The notes: generated from the letters alone by a model not told the origin. A DNA stretch of 64,000 bases from an uncultured Planctomycetota bacterium (GCA_963845755.1 CAWJTV010000011.1:864001-928000), one strand, 5' to 3'. Positions 46,300 to 56,860 are shown, counted from the first letter of the stretch. Numbers and translations are program-made.

Positions 46300-46434
46300 G
46301 TCGTCACAGCCCGCCGCAAACTGCGAGGGGACTGTCACATTCGATGCCAAGGATTCTACCGGGGTCGAGCGATCCGGCCTGCGGATCATGACGCCCCGCG
46401 AGTTCCTGGGCCGGATCGGAGAGAGACCCGATGA
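46300..46434 (+). pseudogene. PIN-domain toxin C-terminal remnant
   Basis: VTFDAKDSTGVERSGLRIMTPREFLGRIG resembles the PIN C-terminus (vT.n.kDf...gi.i.tP.efl) and abuts the antitoxin ATG. Confidence 0.55.
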
Positions 46435-46667
46435 GCACGCTGAGCCTGCGACTGCCGGAATTGTTGCACAAGCAATCGAAGCACGACGCGGAGCGGGAGG
46501 TCATCTCGATCAACCCACTCATCACGACGGCGGTGGCCGAGAAGCTCTCGGCGTTGATGACGGGCGACTATCTGGAGGAGCGCGCTGCGCGCGGCGATCG
46601 CGGCGCGTTCGATCGGGTCCTGGCCAAGGTGCCCAACGTCGCGGCCGAGGAAGCCGAGCGTCTTTGA
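46431..46667 (+). CDS. RHH/HicB-like antitoxin
   Basis: MSTLSLRLPELLH...ISINPLITTAVAEKLSAL...YLEERAARG. Confidence 0.8.
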   Translation: MSTLSLRLPELLHKQSKHDAEREVISINPLITTAVAEKLSALMTGDYLEERAARGDRGAFDRVLAKVPNVAAEEAERL

Positions 46668-46938
46668 AGGCTCGGCGTCATCTCGCTGCCATCGATGCAA
46701 GAAGAGGACGCGAGTGATCCGGTTCTGGAGGGCGCGATGACTCAGGGCGTCGCGGACCTCCCCAGGAGGTCTCTGACGATTGCTTGCCTCCAACCGATCT
46801 TGCTGGGTGCGGTGCCGTGGATCTCGCGGACCATCGTCCCGTTCTGGGCGATCACGAGGAGGGTGGGGAAACCTGGGTCCAGAGGCACGGGTCGGATCCT
46901 GCCGGCGGCCCATCGGGCGCCGGTCGGGGAGCCGCTTC

Positions 46939-47265
46939 TCAATCCGACCTCCCATTGATCGGGAAGTCATCATCCTCTTCTAGCCGATTGCCAGGAAAGA
47001 GTTTGTTAGCGTCATAGATTTCCCAATCGGTCGCTTCCATATCGTCGGGTGATGGTTTATATGGCCAGTAAGAACCGGAAGTACTTCCTTCGCCATTGTC
47101 TAAATCCCACATCGTGGGCACGCGTTTGAATTCGTCATTGATTGCATCCGATGCGTATTGGTAGAAGTGGTTCACCACAAGGTGGCGGTCCCAAATCGAC
47201 CGCCTGACCTTGTAGAACTCTTCTTCGTGATCGCGGATCAACGTCATAGCTTCCGTGAAGGTCAT
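46939..47265 (-). CDS. DUF2829/Tad2-like small protein
   Basis: MTFTEAM...KVRRSIW...WPYKPSPDDMEATDWEI matches the M.F.EA...kvrR..W...W.PS..D..A.DW consensus. GGAGGAG RBS; lower GC. Confidence 0.65.
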   Translation of the reverse strand: MTFTEAMTLIRDHEEEFYKVRRSIWDRHLVVNHFYQYASDAINDEFKRVPTMWDLDNGEGSTSGSYWPYKPSPDDMEATDWEIYDANKLFPGNRLEEDDDFPINGRSD

Positions 47266-47548
47266 GGCCCATCTCCTCCCTTATATTCTGACTACCGCAT
47301 CAGCGAGTGGCAATGGGATTCCGGCGGGAAAGTTTTACGATATGTCAGTCATTTCCTCCTTTCATGGAACCACGCAGACACTATACCGCGGATGATGGCG
47401 ATGCCGAGGGACGGCCCGCGAGACGATCACGCCGAGATCGCACAGGGCCAGAGATTCGAGCGGGGAAATCCGCGGCACCCTGGAATCGTCTCGACGAGAA
47501 ACGCCGCTTCCGCTAGATTCCTCGCACAATCGAAACGGGAGACGATCA

Positions 47549-47923
47549 ATGGGTAAGGCAATCCTGCGCGGGATTCTCTGGGTCTTCTTCGGCATGTTTC
47601 CAGCAGCTTTGCTGGTCGGCATGCTCTACCGCTTCCCGATCCCGTTCCGGGGATATGTGAACGGTTGGGAGATGTTCCAGGAGGGCCTGAATGAAACGAT
47701 GGAGCTCATCTGGCTCCTCATCCAGGCGGTCACCTATTACACGTTCTGGGGCGGCTTCATCCCGCTGGCCCTCCTCGGAACCATCGCCGGGTTGCTGGGT
47801 CGCTGGCTGGGTCGGCCGGATCACGGCGATCTGTATGCGCGGAATATTGCCTTGGGCCTGGGCTTCGCTTTGGCGGCCTTCCTGTCGGTGCTGGATAAGA
47901 TCGTGGGGCCGTGGGTGAGTTAG
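47549..47923 (+). CDS. Hypothetical membrane protein
   Basis: Three hydrophobic segments; GGGAG RBS. Confidence 0.7.
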   Translation: MGKAILRGILWVFFGMFPAALLVGMLYRFPIPFRGYVNGWEMFQEGLNETMELIWLLIQAVTYYTFWGGFIPLALLGTIAGLLGRWLGRPDHGDLYARNIALGLGFALAAFLSVLDKIVGPWVS

Positions 47924-48178
47924 GAGGCTGGCCGGGCTTCCAATCGTTTCCTCCTCCCCAGAACCACACGGCGATCGTCCCGCCTACCAGACCTGCCAGG
48001 AGAGCGAAGAGGGAGTGGCCAACGCGAACAAATTCTTCTTGATTCGCCGAACCGGGTAGGGTGGTCCGCCAGCGAGCCGCTGGCTCTTGCAGGACCATGA
48101 TGGTACCGGCTTTGGCATCAATGCAAGGTAGGAGGGGCTCTGTGCGCCGCCCCGTCGGCCATCCAGGCGTGAGCCGCT

Positions 48179-49366
48179 CTAGCTGATCTGCGCCTTCAGC
48201 CAATCCGTCGCGGCCTTCCAATCCGCCTGATGGATCCGCTCGGCGACTTCTTCGAGGAAGTCGAGCGTATCCTTGGAGGCGTCATCGAGTGCGATCGGCT
48301 TCGGCAGGTTCATCTGCACCCGGTGGTAGTGCCCGGCCAGCGCCTGATCGCACACGTAGCTGTTCGATGCGGAACTGGCGTCGAGCAGGGCGGAGAGCAA
48401 CGGGAAGGCGGGCGTGAGCGTCTCTTTGTTCCCCAGGCTCACCCCGCGAGGAAGGGGAGAGAGCCATGCCAAGGCCCCGTATTCGGCCGCCCTGTCGAAG
48501 GGCGTTGAATGTGGGATGTCGATCCCGCTGATTTGTACGCCCGTGCCGATCGAGAGGATGCGGATGCTATTGACATCCCCCTGATTGGCACGGCAGGCGA
48601 GGCCCAGCGCGATGCTCGCGGGGCAGTTGGCGAAGAGGCCGCCGTCAACGCAGAAGCCGAACTCGGGGTGCGGGTAAGGCGGGAAATAGAGGGGGGCGGC
48701 GCTCGTACAGAGGGCGGCATCGACCAACTTCGTCGAGAGGGTCTGCTTGTCCTGGACCCGAATATCAGCCGCGTCGGCATTCGCTTCGCCGACATTGTGC
48801 AGCACCAGGGGTGCCCAGTTCCTGGCCTCTGAGAACAGTCGGAGCGTCGTGACCACCGCCGACCTCCTCAGATCGCCCATCGTCGCCTTCCCGAAGTGTT
48901 GCGTCAGCACCCTCCTCAGCCCGGCGTTCGAATACCTCGGGTGGATCAGGTCCAGCGGATCGAACTGGAAGCTTCTCAGGAGTTCCCGCACTTTGGCATC
49001 GAGGCCGCTCAGGAATTCCAGGAACCGGCTCCTCGCCGGATGCCTGGAGCTATTCACCGTGAAGATCTCCGGCCCGCGGTCCCGATACAGCGCGACCAGC
49101 TCGGCCGGGGATAGGTTGTGGGCCAGCCCCAGGGCGATGATTCCGCCCGTGGATGTCCCCGCGAAGAGGTCAACCTTGTCGAGAAACGGGACCTCGTTCT
49201 GGAGCCGTTCGATGACCTTGGCGGTCAGCAGGCCGCGAATTCCGCCGCCGTCGCACGACAGAATCAGGTACGGCTTGGTTCGGGAGGGTTGCGCACCCAC
49301 CGCGGCGGCCATCGGGAGCGAGAGTCCGGCCAACTTCAGCGTGTCGCGTCGGGTCATCCTGTCCAT
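48179..49366 (-). CDS. Patatin-like phospholipase with Tat signal
   Basis: TRRDTLK Tat motif; DGGGIRG, GTSTG (GxSxG), SAAPLYF, VDGGLFAN, LSIGTG. Confidence 0.9.
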   Translation of the reverse strand: MDRMTRRDTLKLAGLSLPMAAAVGAQPSRTKPYLILSCDGGGIRGLLTAKVIERLQNEVPFLDKVDLFAGTSTGGIIALGLAHNLSPAELVALYRDRGPEIFTVNSSRHPARSRFLEFLSGLDAKVRELLRSFQFDPLDLIHPRYSNAGLRRVLTQHFGKATMGDLRRSAVVTTLRLFSEARNWAPLVLHNVGEANADAADIRVQDKQTLSTKLVDAALCTSAAPLYFPPYPHPEFGFCVDGGLFANCPASIALGLACRANQGDVNSIRILSIGTGVQISGIDIPHSTPFDRAAEYGALAWLSPLPRGVSLGNKETLTPAFPLLSALLDASSASNSYVCDQALAGHYHRVQMNLPKPIALDDASKDTLDFLEEVAERIHQADWKAATDWLKAQIS

Positions 49367-49722
49367 GGATCGGACCTCCTGGAGGGGTGGAAGCCTGCCT
49401 AGGGTCCGCCATTTGAGTCGGCATCGCGGGAGAATGCAAGGTCATTCGGGGACGCCGACGTCTTCAAATGGGCGATGCCGCTTCGCGACCATTCGGTTAT
49501 CGACGCCTTGCCCCGCGATACCGATGATGCCACCCCGCGGAAGGTCCTTCTTGCTCATTGACCTTTGATCACCGTGGATCGAGTCCTTTCCGATGCGATA
49601 CGATGGATCTCCCGAGGGTCGAGCCGTTCGACCGGCGCATGACAACCTCGCGGACGTTCCCGGCGCGGACCGGCTCGAGCACGACGGCCGGGACCTCTTG
49701 CGATCGGAGAGGACAATTCGGC

Positions 49723-51273
49723 ATGACGCTCGTGCTCTGGTGGGGAATCGTGGTCGGCGCCGTGGCCGCGGGGGCGGACGATGATCGCCCCGCTTTCCCG
49801 TTCTTCGAGCCGGTCCAGCCGCCGCGCGCGATCCAGGTGATGGCCCACCGCGGCGCGATGAACCAGGCGCCCGAGAACACGGCGCGGGCGCTGGAATTCT
49901 CCATCGCCGATGGCGTGGAGTGGGTCGAGGTCAACGTCCGGCTCACCAAGGATGGCCATCATGTCCTGTTCCATGATGGCGAGCTTCAGGGGAAGACCGG
50001 CGGCTCCGGGGCGGTTCGCGCTCACACCCTGGCGGAGATCCGGGCCCTCGATGTCGGATCCTCGTTCGCCCGGCGATTCGCCGGCGCGCGAATCCCGACG
50101 CTCGCGGAGGGATTGGAGCTCGCACGAGGGCGGGTCAACCTCTACCTCGACCTCAAGGATGTGGACCCCGTCCAACTGGCTCGCGAGGTCGTCGCGGCCG
50201 GGATGGCGCGTCAGGTCGTCTTCTACGACAGGCCCGAAGTCCTCAAGGCGATCCGCACGGCCGCGACCGAAGAACTGGCCGTGATGACGAAGTGGCGACC
50301 GCGGTTCGGCATGGACCGATGGGTCGAGGAGGTCCGGCCGGCGGCCGTCGAGATCGACGCGGGCGACGTCACGCTCGAAGCCTGTCGCGCGTTCCACCGG
50401 CTCGGGATCAAGGTCCAGGCGAAGGTGCTGGGCCAGGAGGACCGGCCCGAGGTCTGGGACCGCATGGTCGCCGCGGGCGTCGACTGGCTTCAGACCGACC
50501 ACGCCGAGGAGATCCTGGCGCGGCTGGCCCTCAAGACCACTCGCGGCCGAAGACCACAGATCGCCCACCACCGCGGAGCATCGCGTTATGCTCCTGAGAA
50601 CACGTTTCCGGCCCTCGAAAAAGCGATCCACCTCGGGGCCGACTTCGTCGAGTTCGACGTGCGCACGACCCGCGACGGGAAGCACGTCTTGCTCCACGAT
50701 GGCACCTTCAACCGCACGACCAGTGGGCGGGGAGCGGTCCGCGATCAGGAGGCAGGCGCGATCGCACTTCTCGACGCCGGATCCTGGTTCGGCCGATCGT
50801 TCCGGGGGACGATGGTCCCCAGCCTCGACGCGTTCCTCGAAGCGGCGGGCCGGCAAGTCGAGCTCTACGTCAACGCCAAGGACATCGCGCCCAAGGCCCT
50901 CGCGGAAGTCTTGTCCCGGCACGGCCTGATCGAGCGGGCCGTCGTGTATCAACATATCGAATACCTCGAAGAGCTCCGGCGCATCGATCCGCGAATCCGA
51001 CGGATGCCGCCGCTCCGAAATCCGGCGCAATTCGATGTCGTAATCGACCGGGTTCGACCGTATGCCCTCGACACCCAGTGGTCGATCCTCTCCAAGGAGT
51101 TGATCGATCGCTGCCACTCCAAGGGCGTCAAGGTCTTCAGCGACGCGCTCGGCATGCACGAGTCGATCCCCCGATACCGGCGCGCCATCCGCGACGGCAT
51201 CGACGTGATCCAGACCGATTATCCGCTGCGCGTGCTCCGGGCCATCGAGCTGGAAGGCGGGGCGAGGGATTGA
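49723..51273 (+). CDS. Glycerophosphodiester phosphodiesterase with two GDPD domains
   Basis: AHRGAMNQAPENT...EVNVRLTKDG and HHRGASRYAPENT...EFDVRTTRDG; two QTD motifs. Confidence 0.9.
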   Translation: MTLVLWWGIVVGAVAAGADDDRPAFPFFEPVQPPRAIQVMAHRGAMNQAPENTARALEFSIADGVEWVEVNVRLTKDGHHVLFHDGELQGKTGGSGAVRAHTLAEIRALDVGSSFARRFAGARIPTLAEGLELARGRVNLYLDLKDVDPVQLAREVVAAGMARQVVFYDRPEVLKAIRTAATEELAVMTKWRPRFGMDRWVEEVRPAAVEIDAGDVTLEACRAFHRLGIKVQAKVLGQEDRPEVWDRMVAAGVDWLQTDHAEEILARLALKTTRGRRPQIAHHRGASRYAPENTFPALEKAIHLGADFVEFDVRTTRDGKHVLLHDGTFNRTTSGRGAVRDQEAGAIALLDAGSWFGRSFRGTMVPSLDAFLEAAGRQVELYVNAKDIAPKALAEVLSRHGLIERAVVYQHIEYLEELRRIDPRIRRMPPLRNPAQFDVVIDRVRPYALDTQWSILSKELIDRCHSKGVKVFSDALGMHESIPRYRRAIRDGIDVIQTDYPLRVLRAIELEGGARD

Positions 51274-51388
51274 GGGAAGCCATCTGCGGAGGGGCATCTG
51301 TGATCAAGCTTAGCTTATCGCACAAGTCTTCCCAGGGAAGCCATTGCACGCTTCGGCTTACTGCCGTCAGGTGGATAAGAGAGGCAGG

Positions 51389-52129
51389 TTACTGAATCGA
51401 TGTCGGCGGCTGGGATGCAGAGGGGCGGTTGAACCGGGCAAGGTCGAGATCAGTAACCATGAGAGGGGACGTTCGTATCTCACCATCTCCCCGATCGAAC
51501 GCATGGATAACGTAGCCTGCCAATAAGACCGACCAGGGGCCGTCTCCGGGCAATCCCAGGCTGCTGCGAAGTGTCTCCCGCTCTCGCACTTGTGGCCCGT
51601 ACGCGCGGATAATCTGGTCGAGGGACACCTCCGGCCAAGTCGCAGTCGATGGCGTCTCGATGAGCGTGATACCGGCTCCGTCTCGATAGCAGGCCAAGAC
51701 GAAGCCGCCGCAGCTAAACCGACGGTATAGCCTCACCTGTTTCTCGTCCTCATACCAGCATTCAGGGGGATCCACAACATAGGTTCGCCATGTACCGACA
51801 AGTCCACCAGGGCGATTCTCTTTGTCCACCTCGGCGAGCCAATCGATCATGCCTTCTCGCTCGTCGACCGTGAGATTGATCCATCCTGCCACGTGGGACG
51901 GGCAGATCGGGTCCTCTCCAGCATGTCCCCGTGAGCGATCACCCGCCACCAAAGGTGGTCCCATGTGAAACACGTGGACCTCTGCGCCGTAGACTACCGT
52001 ACTATCTTCTCGAAGAAGGGCGACGTGTTTGACGAACGCGGAATCTGGGTCGTCGTAAATCCCAATGACTGCGAACTGGGCCAAGGGCATTCCCGGCGCG
52101 TCGGGAACAACGAGGGCGGGCACGTGCAT
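51389..52129 (-). CDS. Hypothetical protein with permuted papain-like (NlpC/P60, YiiX-type) motifs
   Basis: His in FVKHVALL precedes Cys in RFSCGGFVLACYRDGAGITL; lower GC. Confidence 0.6.
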   Translation of the reverse strand: MHVPALVVPDAPGMPLAQFAVIGIYDDPDSAFVKHVALLREDSTVVYGAEVHVFHMGPPLVAGDRSRGHAGEDPICPSHVAGWINLTVDEREGMIDWLAEVDKENRPGGLVGTWRTYVVDPPECWYEDEKQVRLYRRFSCGGFVLACYRDGAGITLIETPSTATWPEVSLDQIIRAYGPQVRERETLRSSLGLPGDGPWSVLLAGYVIHAFDRGDGEIRTSPLMVTDLDLARFNRPSASQPPTSIQ

Positions 52130-52204
52130 GGCCTCCAGGGAAGGGTTTCTCAGAGAGCGTGCCGTGCGCCTCGGACCGATTCAAGTGGTCGGGCCGACAG
52201 GCAT

Positions 52205-53011
52205 TCACCGAGCAAGCCCGTCGTCGATATTCTTCACGGCTGGATGGTCACACGGAACTCCGCGGTCGAGCCAACCGTTTCGGATTCGTAGGAGTTCCTG
52301 ATGCAAGCGACGGATCAAGAACCCTCGGTTCAATGCCTTGACCTGATCGAGTGCCTGTTGCAGCCGTGGGTCGCCAAGAACCGCCAGCGCGGAGACCGCG
52401 AACCGGGCAATCAATGAGGGTTCCCCTGCGGCGAAAACATCCGGGTCAAGGAGCTTGGTCGTGAATTCATAGGTGCGGTCCGCCACCGAAGGGATCGGAG
52501 ACTCCGGCGGTTGCGATTCGAACAAACGCGTGACAGCCTGCAATGCGACAGCGCGGGTGTCAACTCGTCCTCCTTGCATGAACGGAAGCAGACGCTCAAC
52601 CTGCACTTGGGTTAACAGCGATGCCCCACGCCGGAGGGCCGACCAAACCACCTTGTCCTGTACCTCGGATTCAGACCGCAGGGCTGAAGCGATTGCTAGC
52701 AGTCGATCTGCCGCCGCGGCCCTCAACTCCGGGGGAAAGTGAAGGTCCTCAGCAGCAAATACCGTGGCATCGCGCCATTCCGGAGGGATGTCTGTGCGAC
52801 CCAGTTCGTCCACCAAGTAGCTGAGAGCGTCCTTCTGTTGAGGCGTATCGACGAGTCGACAGAGCGCCGCGATCCGCATGGTTGGGCTGGCACTCTCGTC
52901 TTGCAAGGCAGGCCAATCACCGGGGGGAGTATCTTCAACAAAGTGAGCGCTGTCGGGCGGTTCCGTCCTCGAGGCGAGACCGCGATGATCGACGGCCACA
53001 TTTTCAGACAT
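52205..53011 (-). CDS. Hypothetical HEAT-like helical protein
   Basis: DTRAVALQAVTRL, ARFAVSALAVLGDPR; lower GC; co-oriented with the downstream gene. Confidence 0.6.
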   Translation of the reverse strand: MSENVAVDHRGLASRTEPPDSAHFVEDTPPGDWPALQDESASPTMRIAALCRLVDTPQQKDALSYLVDELGRTDIPPEWRDATVFAAEDLHFPPELRAAAADRLLAIASALRSESEVQDKVVWSALRRGASLLTQVQVERLLPFMQGGRVDTRAVALQAVTRLFESQPPESPIPSVADRTYEFTTKLLDPDVFAAGEPSLIARFAVSALAVLGDPRLQQALDQVKALNRGFLIRRLHQELLRIRNGWLDRGVPCDHPAVKNIDDGLAR

Positions 53012-53560
53012 GTTTATCCTCATTATGGAGCAATGTTGTCCATCCCAGTTCTCTCGGGTTAGTTCTTTAAGTCCTGCTCCTCATTATAGTTGCGATGCCG
53101 GTCAACGTTATGCCACCCGCAGATCCGAGGCAATTTGCGTCCATAGCCGCAGTCAATCATCATACGGCGTCTTCTCGATGGGGACAACCACTGTCCTATC
53201 CGGATCCGACACGAATGTAAACCGAATCTGTCATGCCGAGACCCTATGAAGTATCTCCGGTCGGAAGTCCGTCATCACTTGCATCCGGCTTGATGAAAAG
53301 CAAGGAGCCTTGGGCGGGGGTGTGCCGCGATCGAACGAATGGACCTCGGCGGCCAGCGATTCCGGCACCGCCGCTGTGAGAAGCTGCGTCTGAAGACATG
53401 ATGGATCAGTGGGAGGGTCTCGCGTACGCCCATTGTTGCAGCGCCTCGGCCGAGTTGGCCCGGGGACGTCCTGCCGAGGCGCGGGCGCGCTTCCCGGATG
53501 AGCCGTTCGCCCCCTGAGCGATGCGATCGGAGAAGGACCAACCTCCGACCGAGGTCTGAT

Positions 53561-54805
53561 TCAAGGCCGCGCCGTCTCCGCCATGATCGCGATGAGCTGT
53601 TGGCCGAAGCGGAGGCGGTCCTCGACGGTCGTCGGCCGGCCGGTGCGCGCGTCGTTGGCGATGCGCTGCTCCATCAGCAGGATCAGAACTCCGAGCTGAG
53701 TATACAGGACGTTGGCCGAGCCAACGGGGACCTCGCCAAGCACCGGCCCGTGGCTGGGCCGGAAGCTCGTCTCTCGCACCAGGCGATCGCTCAGCCGTTT
53801 GACGATCCCGCGCGATGCCTCATCATTCGCCCGGGTCGAGAGGTACTCGCCAGTCTCGGTGTTGTGCAGGTTGATCATCAGGTGAATCTTCCGGCCCGAT
53901 GCAACGTGCGAGGCAATTGTCTTCTTGACGTACCAGATCTCCGGCATTGCGGCGAGGTATCGCTTCTGTCGCAGGTCAACCTCGTCCCAATGGCGATTGA
54001 CGTCGAACCCGTTGGCGTTGAACCGGACCTGGCCCGTGGCGGAGCCGTCGGGGTCGACCATCGGGGTGAATACGAAGACGGCCCGTCGGCGCAGGTCGCG
54101 GGCCTTCGGGTCGTCGGAGGTGATGAAGCGTAGCGCACCCTCCATCACGTACGACGTCCCGGACTCCCAGGCATGCTGACGGGCCTGGAGCCAGACCGTG
54201 ACCTTGTCCCGGTCGTCGACATCCGGCGCGGTGACCGTGATCAGGTGCAGGTCTCTCCCCAGCGCGGTCTTGCCGATGACTTCGATCCGAGCGTTGTCGC
54301 AGCGGTCGAGTTCCTTGAGAAGCCGCGTCAATCGGCTGGTCGTGTACGGCGGTTGGTGGGCGATCCAGAGGACGTCGTGTTCTGGACGGATCCGGATCGT
54401 GGCCTCCTTGGCGCGGTCGTCCCAGGTGACCTGGGAGATCGGCTGCCAGTGTTCGCCGTCGTCGCTGGCGACCGGGAGGATGCCCGGCCCCATCGGGCAG
54501 GCGCCGGGCTTGCCGTTGTACTCGCCCACGTAGTCGGTCATGGTCAGGGTGAGATCGCGGTTGCGCGCCCCATCGATCCGGAAGAAAAACCAGCTCGCCT
54601 GGCGGTTGTGCGCGTGTTCGTCCTGCTGGCCCTTCACATGACAGCGGAACGCGGTCTCGCCCAGCCGCTCGATCGTGCCCAGCGAGGCTCCCTCGAAGTT
54701 GGTGTTGAAGCGGATGGAATCCGGCTCGGCTGCGGCGGCCATGCCGGCGAGCCAGCCGGTCGCGGCGAGCAGCCTGCGGAAGAAGATCGTGAATCCCGAG
54801 GGCAT
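53561..54805 (-). CDS. M14-family zinc carboxypeptidase (cytosolic carboxypeptidase-like); in frame with the upstream ORF
   Basis: FNTNFEGASL, WFFF, AHQPPYT, QARQHAWE (HxxE), PMVDPDG, NGFDVNRHW, INLH. Has its own signal-like start MPSGFTIFFRRLL. Confidence 0.85.
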   Translation of the reverse strand: MPSGFTIFFRRLLAATGWLAGMAAAAEPDSIRFNTNFEGASLGTIERLGETAFRCHVKGQQDEHAHNRQASWFFFRIDGARNRDLTLTMTDYVGEYNGKPGACPMGPGILPVASDDGEHWQPISQVTWDDRAKEATIRIRPEHDVLWIAHQPPYTTSRLTRLLKELDRCDNARIEVIGKTALGRDLHLITVTAPDVDDRDKVTVWLQARQHAWESGTSYVMEGALRFITSDDPKARDLRRRAVFVFTPMVDPDGSATGQVRFNANGFDVNRHWDEVDLRQKRYLAAMPEIWYVKKTIASHVASGRKIHLMINLHNTETGEYLSTRANDEASRGIVKRLSDRLVRETSFRPSHGPVLGEVPVGSANVLYTQLGVLILLMEQRIANDARTGRPTTVEDRLRFGQQLIAIMAETARP

Positions 54806-56860
54806 GGCCGGACTCCGTTTCATGGCGATCGTTATGGGTGTGCCTGCTGTTTCGCGACGCGCAGCCTTCATCTGGGTCACGAGTTCCTGGTAGCGTTCGG
54901 GCGTGATCGAGGGGATTCCCGCGTCCGCCTGCTCGAACTCACCGACGGCTTGCCCGGCCTCGTCTTGCACCTGGACCTTGGCCCCCGCCGGTACGATCAC
55001 GTCGCGGAAGATGGCCTCGTCCACCCTGGGCGCCAGGGTTACCGAGTCGATCGTGGTGTCGCGCCGCCAGTTGAGCAGGAGCCAGCCCTGACCCATGTGG
55101 GACCCGACCTCGAGGCCGAGCTCGGTGACGCGGACCGGATACCAGAGCCCCGGTGCGATCTCGCGGAAGTCCTCGCAGTGACCGGTGCGGGTCGGCATCA
55201 GCGGATTGGCGAAGTTACCGGCGCACGCCTCCAGCTTGATCGGGATGTGGTTCCTATCGGCTGCCAGGTACAGGACGGTCGCAGCGTCGGATACCTTCCC
55301 GCGCGCGGAGGTAAACGCGCCCCGAACCACGAGACACGGGTGGCCGTCAACCTCCGCCGTGCCGCCAGGGCGGAACTGGAGCGTCGTCTGTCCGACGCCA
55401 TTGTGCCGCGGGGAGGCGAGCAGGTCGGCGAGAGGGCTGAAGATCAGGTCATCGCGCAGCAACAGCGTGTGTGGCCGATACACGAAGATGCCATCGCCAC
55501 GGCCGTCGTCTATCCTCACGCGTCCTCGGCGCAGGAACACTCCGGCACCCTGAGGGTTGAGCGGGTGGTCCGCACTCCAGTACCTGCGTGACCATCGCCC
55601 ATCGAACGCGTCGACCTGGTGCAGCGCGAGGTCCCAGCCGGTGCCCGAGGCTTGCATCCGTCGCGTGATGTGATAGGCCAGGTCATCCTTGACGATCGAG
55701 CGGTCGTCCCACGACTCCTCGGCCAGGGGATTCCACTGGTAGAGATTCGGGATGACTCGGTGCGCTTGAACGTGGACCTTGACCTCGATGTCATCGTAGC
55801 GCTTCTCCTCCTTGGCGACCTGGGCGGCGACTCGCAAGAGACTCACCTGTGGGCGATCGCCACCGACCGGCTCCGGTAGCTTCGAGCCGACGAGCGCGCG
55901 ATCCTTGATCGTGAAGACGGGCAGATCGGTGGGGATCGCGACGTCGCGGAAGAAAGCGGCCTCGTAATGCGGCGCGAGGTCGACCTTCTCGACGAAAGTC
56001 TCGGTCCGTTTCGCGACGACCTTCTTCCCCCCGTGCAGTCCCTCGATCACGTAGTCACTGGCCGTGATCTTCGTCGGGAACCAGACGCCGGGCGACACCT
56101 CGCGCAGCCCCTCGACGTGCATGTCATGGTCCGAGAATTTCTCCTGGACGCAGTGGTAATTCCGCTCGGGGGCCAGCCAAAGATACTGGGTGATCGGGTC
56201 GAGATTCAGATTGAACCAGCGGTCGATGCGGAGTTTCAGGCAACGAAGACCGTCGATCTTCTCCTCGCCCTCGAAGTGGGTCGCGACCCTGGCGAACACG
56301 TCCATCGAGCCGGATTCGATGAGCTCTCGAGGGTATTTGAGGTAAGCGTGGATCGTCAAGGTCCCGCTCAGGTAGACCGAGAGGGGGAAGTTGAGTTTGT
56401 AGTGGGCCAGCGGCAGGCTATGCGCGGGGGAGATCTCCGGATGCAGGAAACGCCCCAGGTGGATGTTCGCGCAGTTGCCTGACGTTACCGTGCGCGTCCG
56501 TTCCCCGTCGTAGGCGGAGACCAGCTCCCGACGGCCCTTGAACCCCGGCATCCGTTCGAACGCCTGGTGCCGGAGGTAGATCCGATCTCCCTGGAGGACG
56601 ACCCGGCGCGTGGCCATCGTGGTGACGTCGGCGGGTTCGGCCGGATCCTTCCGGCTCGTGTCGCGGATCACGATCCGCGCGACGTATTCGATGTCCCGGT
56701 ATCTCGCCTCCTCGGCCCGAACCGCCGCGACGATCGCGGCCATCCGATCGCCCTTCGTGACGGGCGGGGGTTCATCCGCCACGACGACCATCGGCCCGAG
56801 CTGGAACAGGCCGGTAACGAGCAACCATCCTGTCGGCAAGTGTCGTCGAATCCGTCGCAT
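54806..56860 (-). CDS. Exported hypothetical protein with two LolA-like repeated domains
   Basis: Signal peptide; duplicated EEARYRDIE / EEKRYDDIE, GEEKIDGLRC / AEVDGHPC, EVSPGVWFP / EIAPGLWYP. Confidence 0.65.

Noticed and set aside
48179..49366. Patatin as a CBASS CapV effector (near the Tad2-like gene)
   Set aside because: It has a Tat export signal, and no CD-NTase or Cap2/3 gene is adjacent.
33310..51297. Long antisense ORFs (e.g. 33310..34908, 44206..46434, 49555..51297)
   Set aside because: These are shadow ORFs of GC-rich genes on the opposite strand, with no motifs.
53040..53250. Minus-strand fragment with TGA at Trp-like positions (recoding?)
   Set aside because: Only a short stretch, and TGA is the normal stop in neighbouring genes. 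A decayed pseudogene is the simpler explanation.
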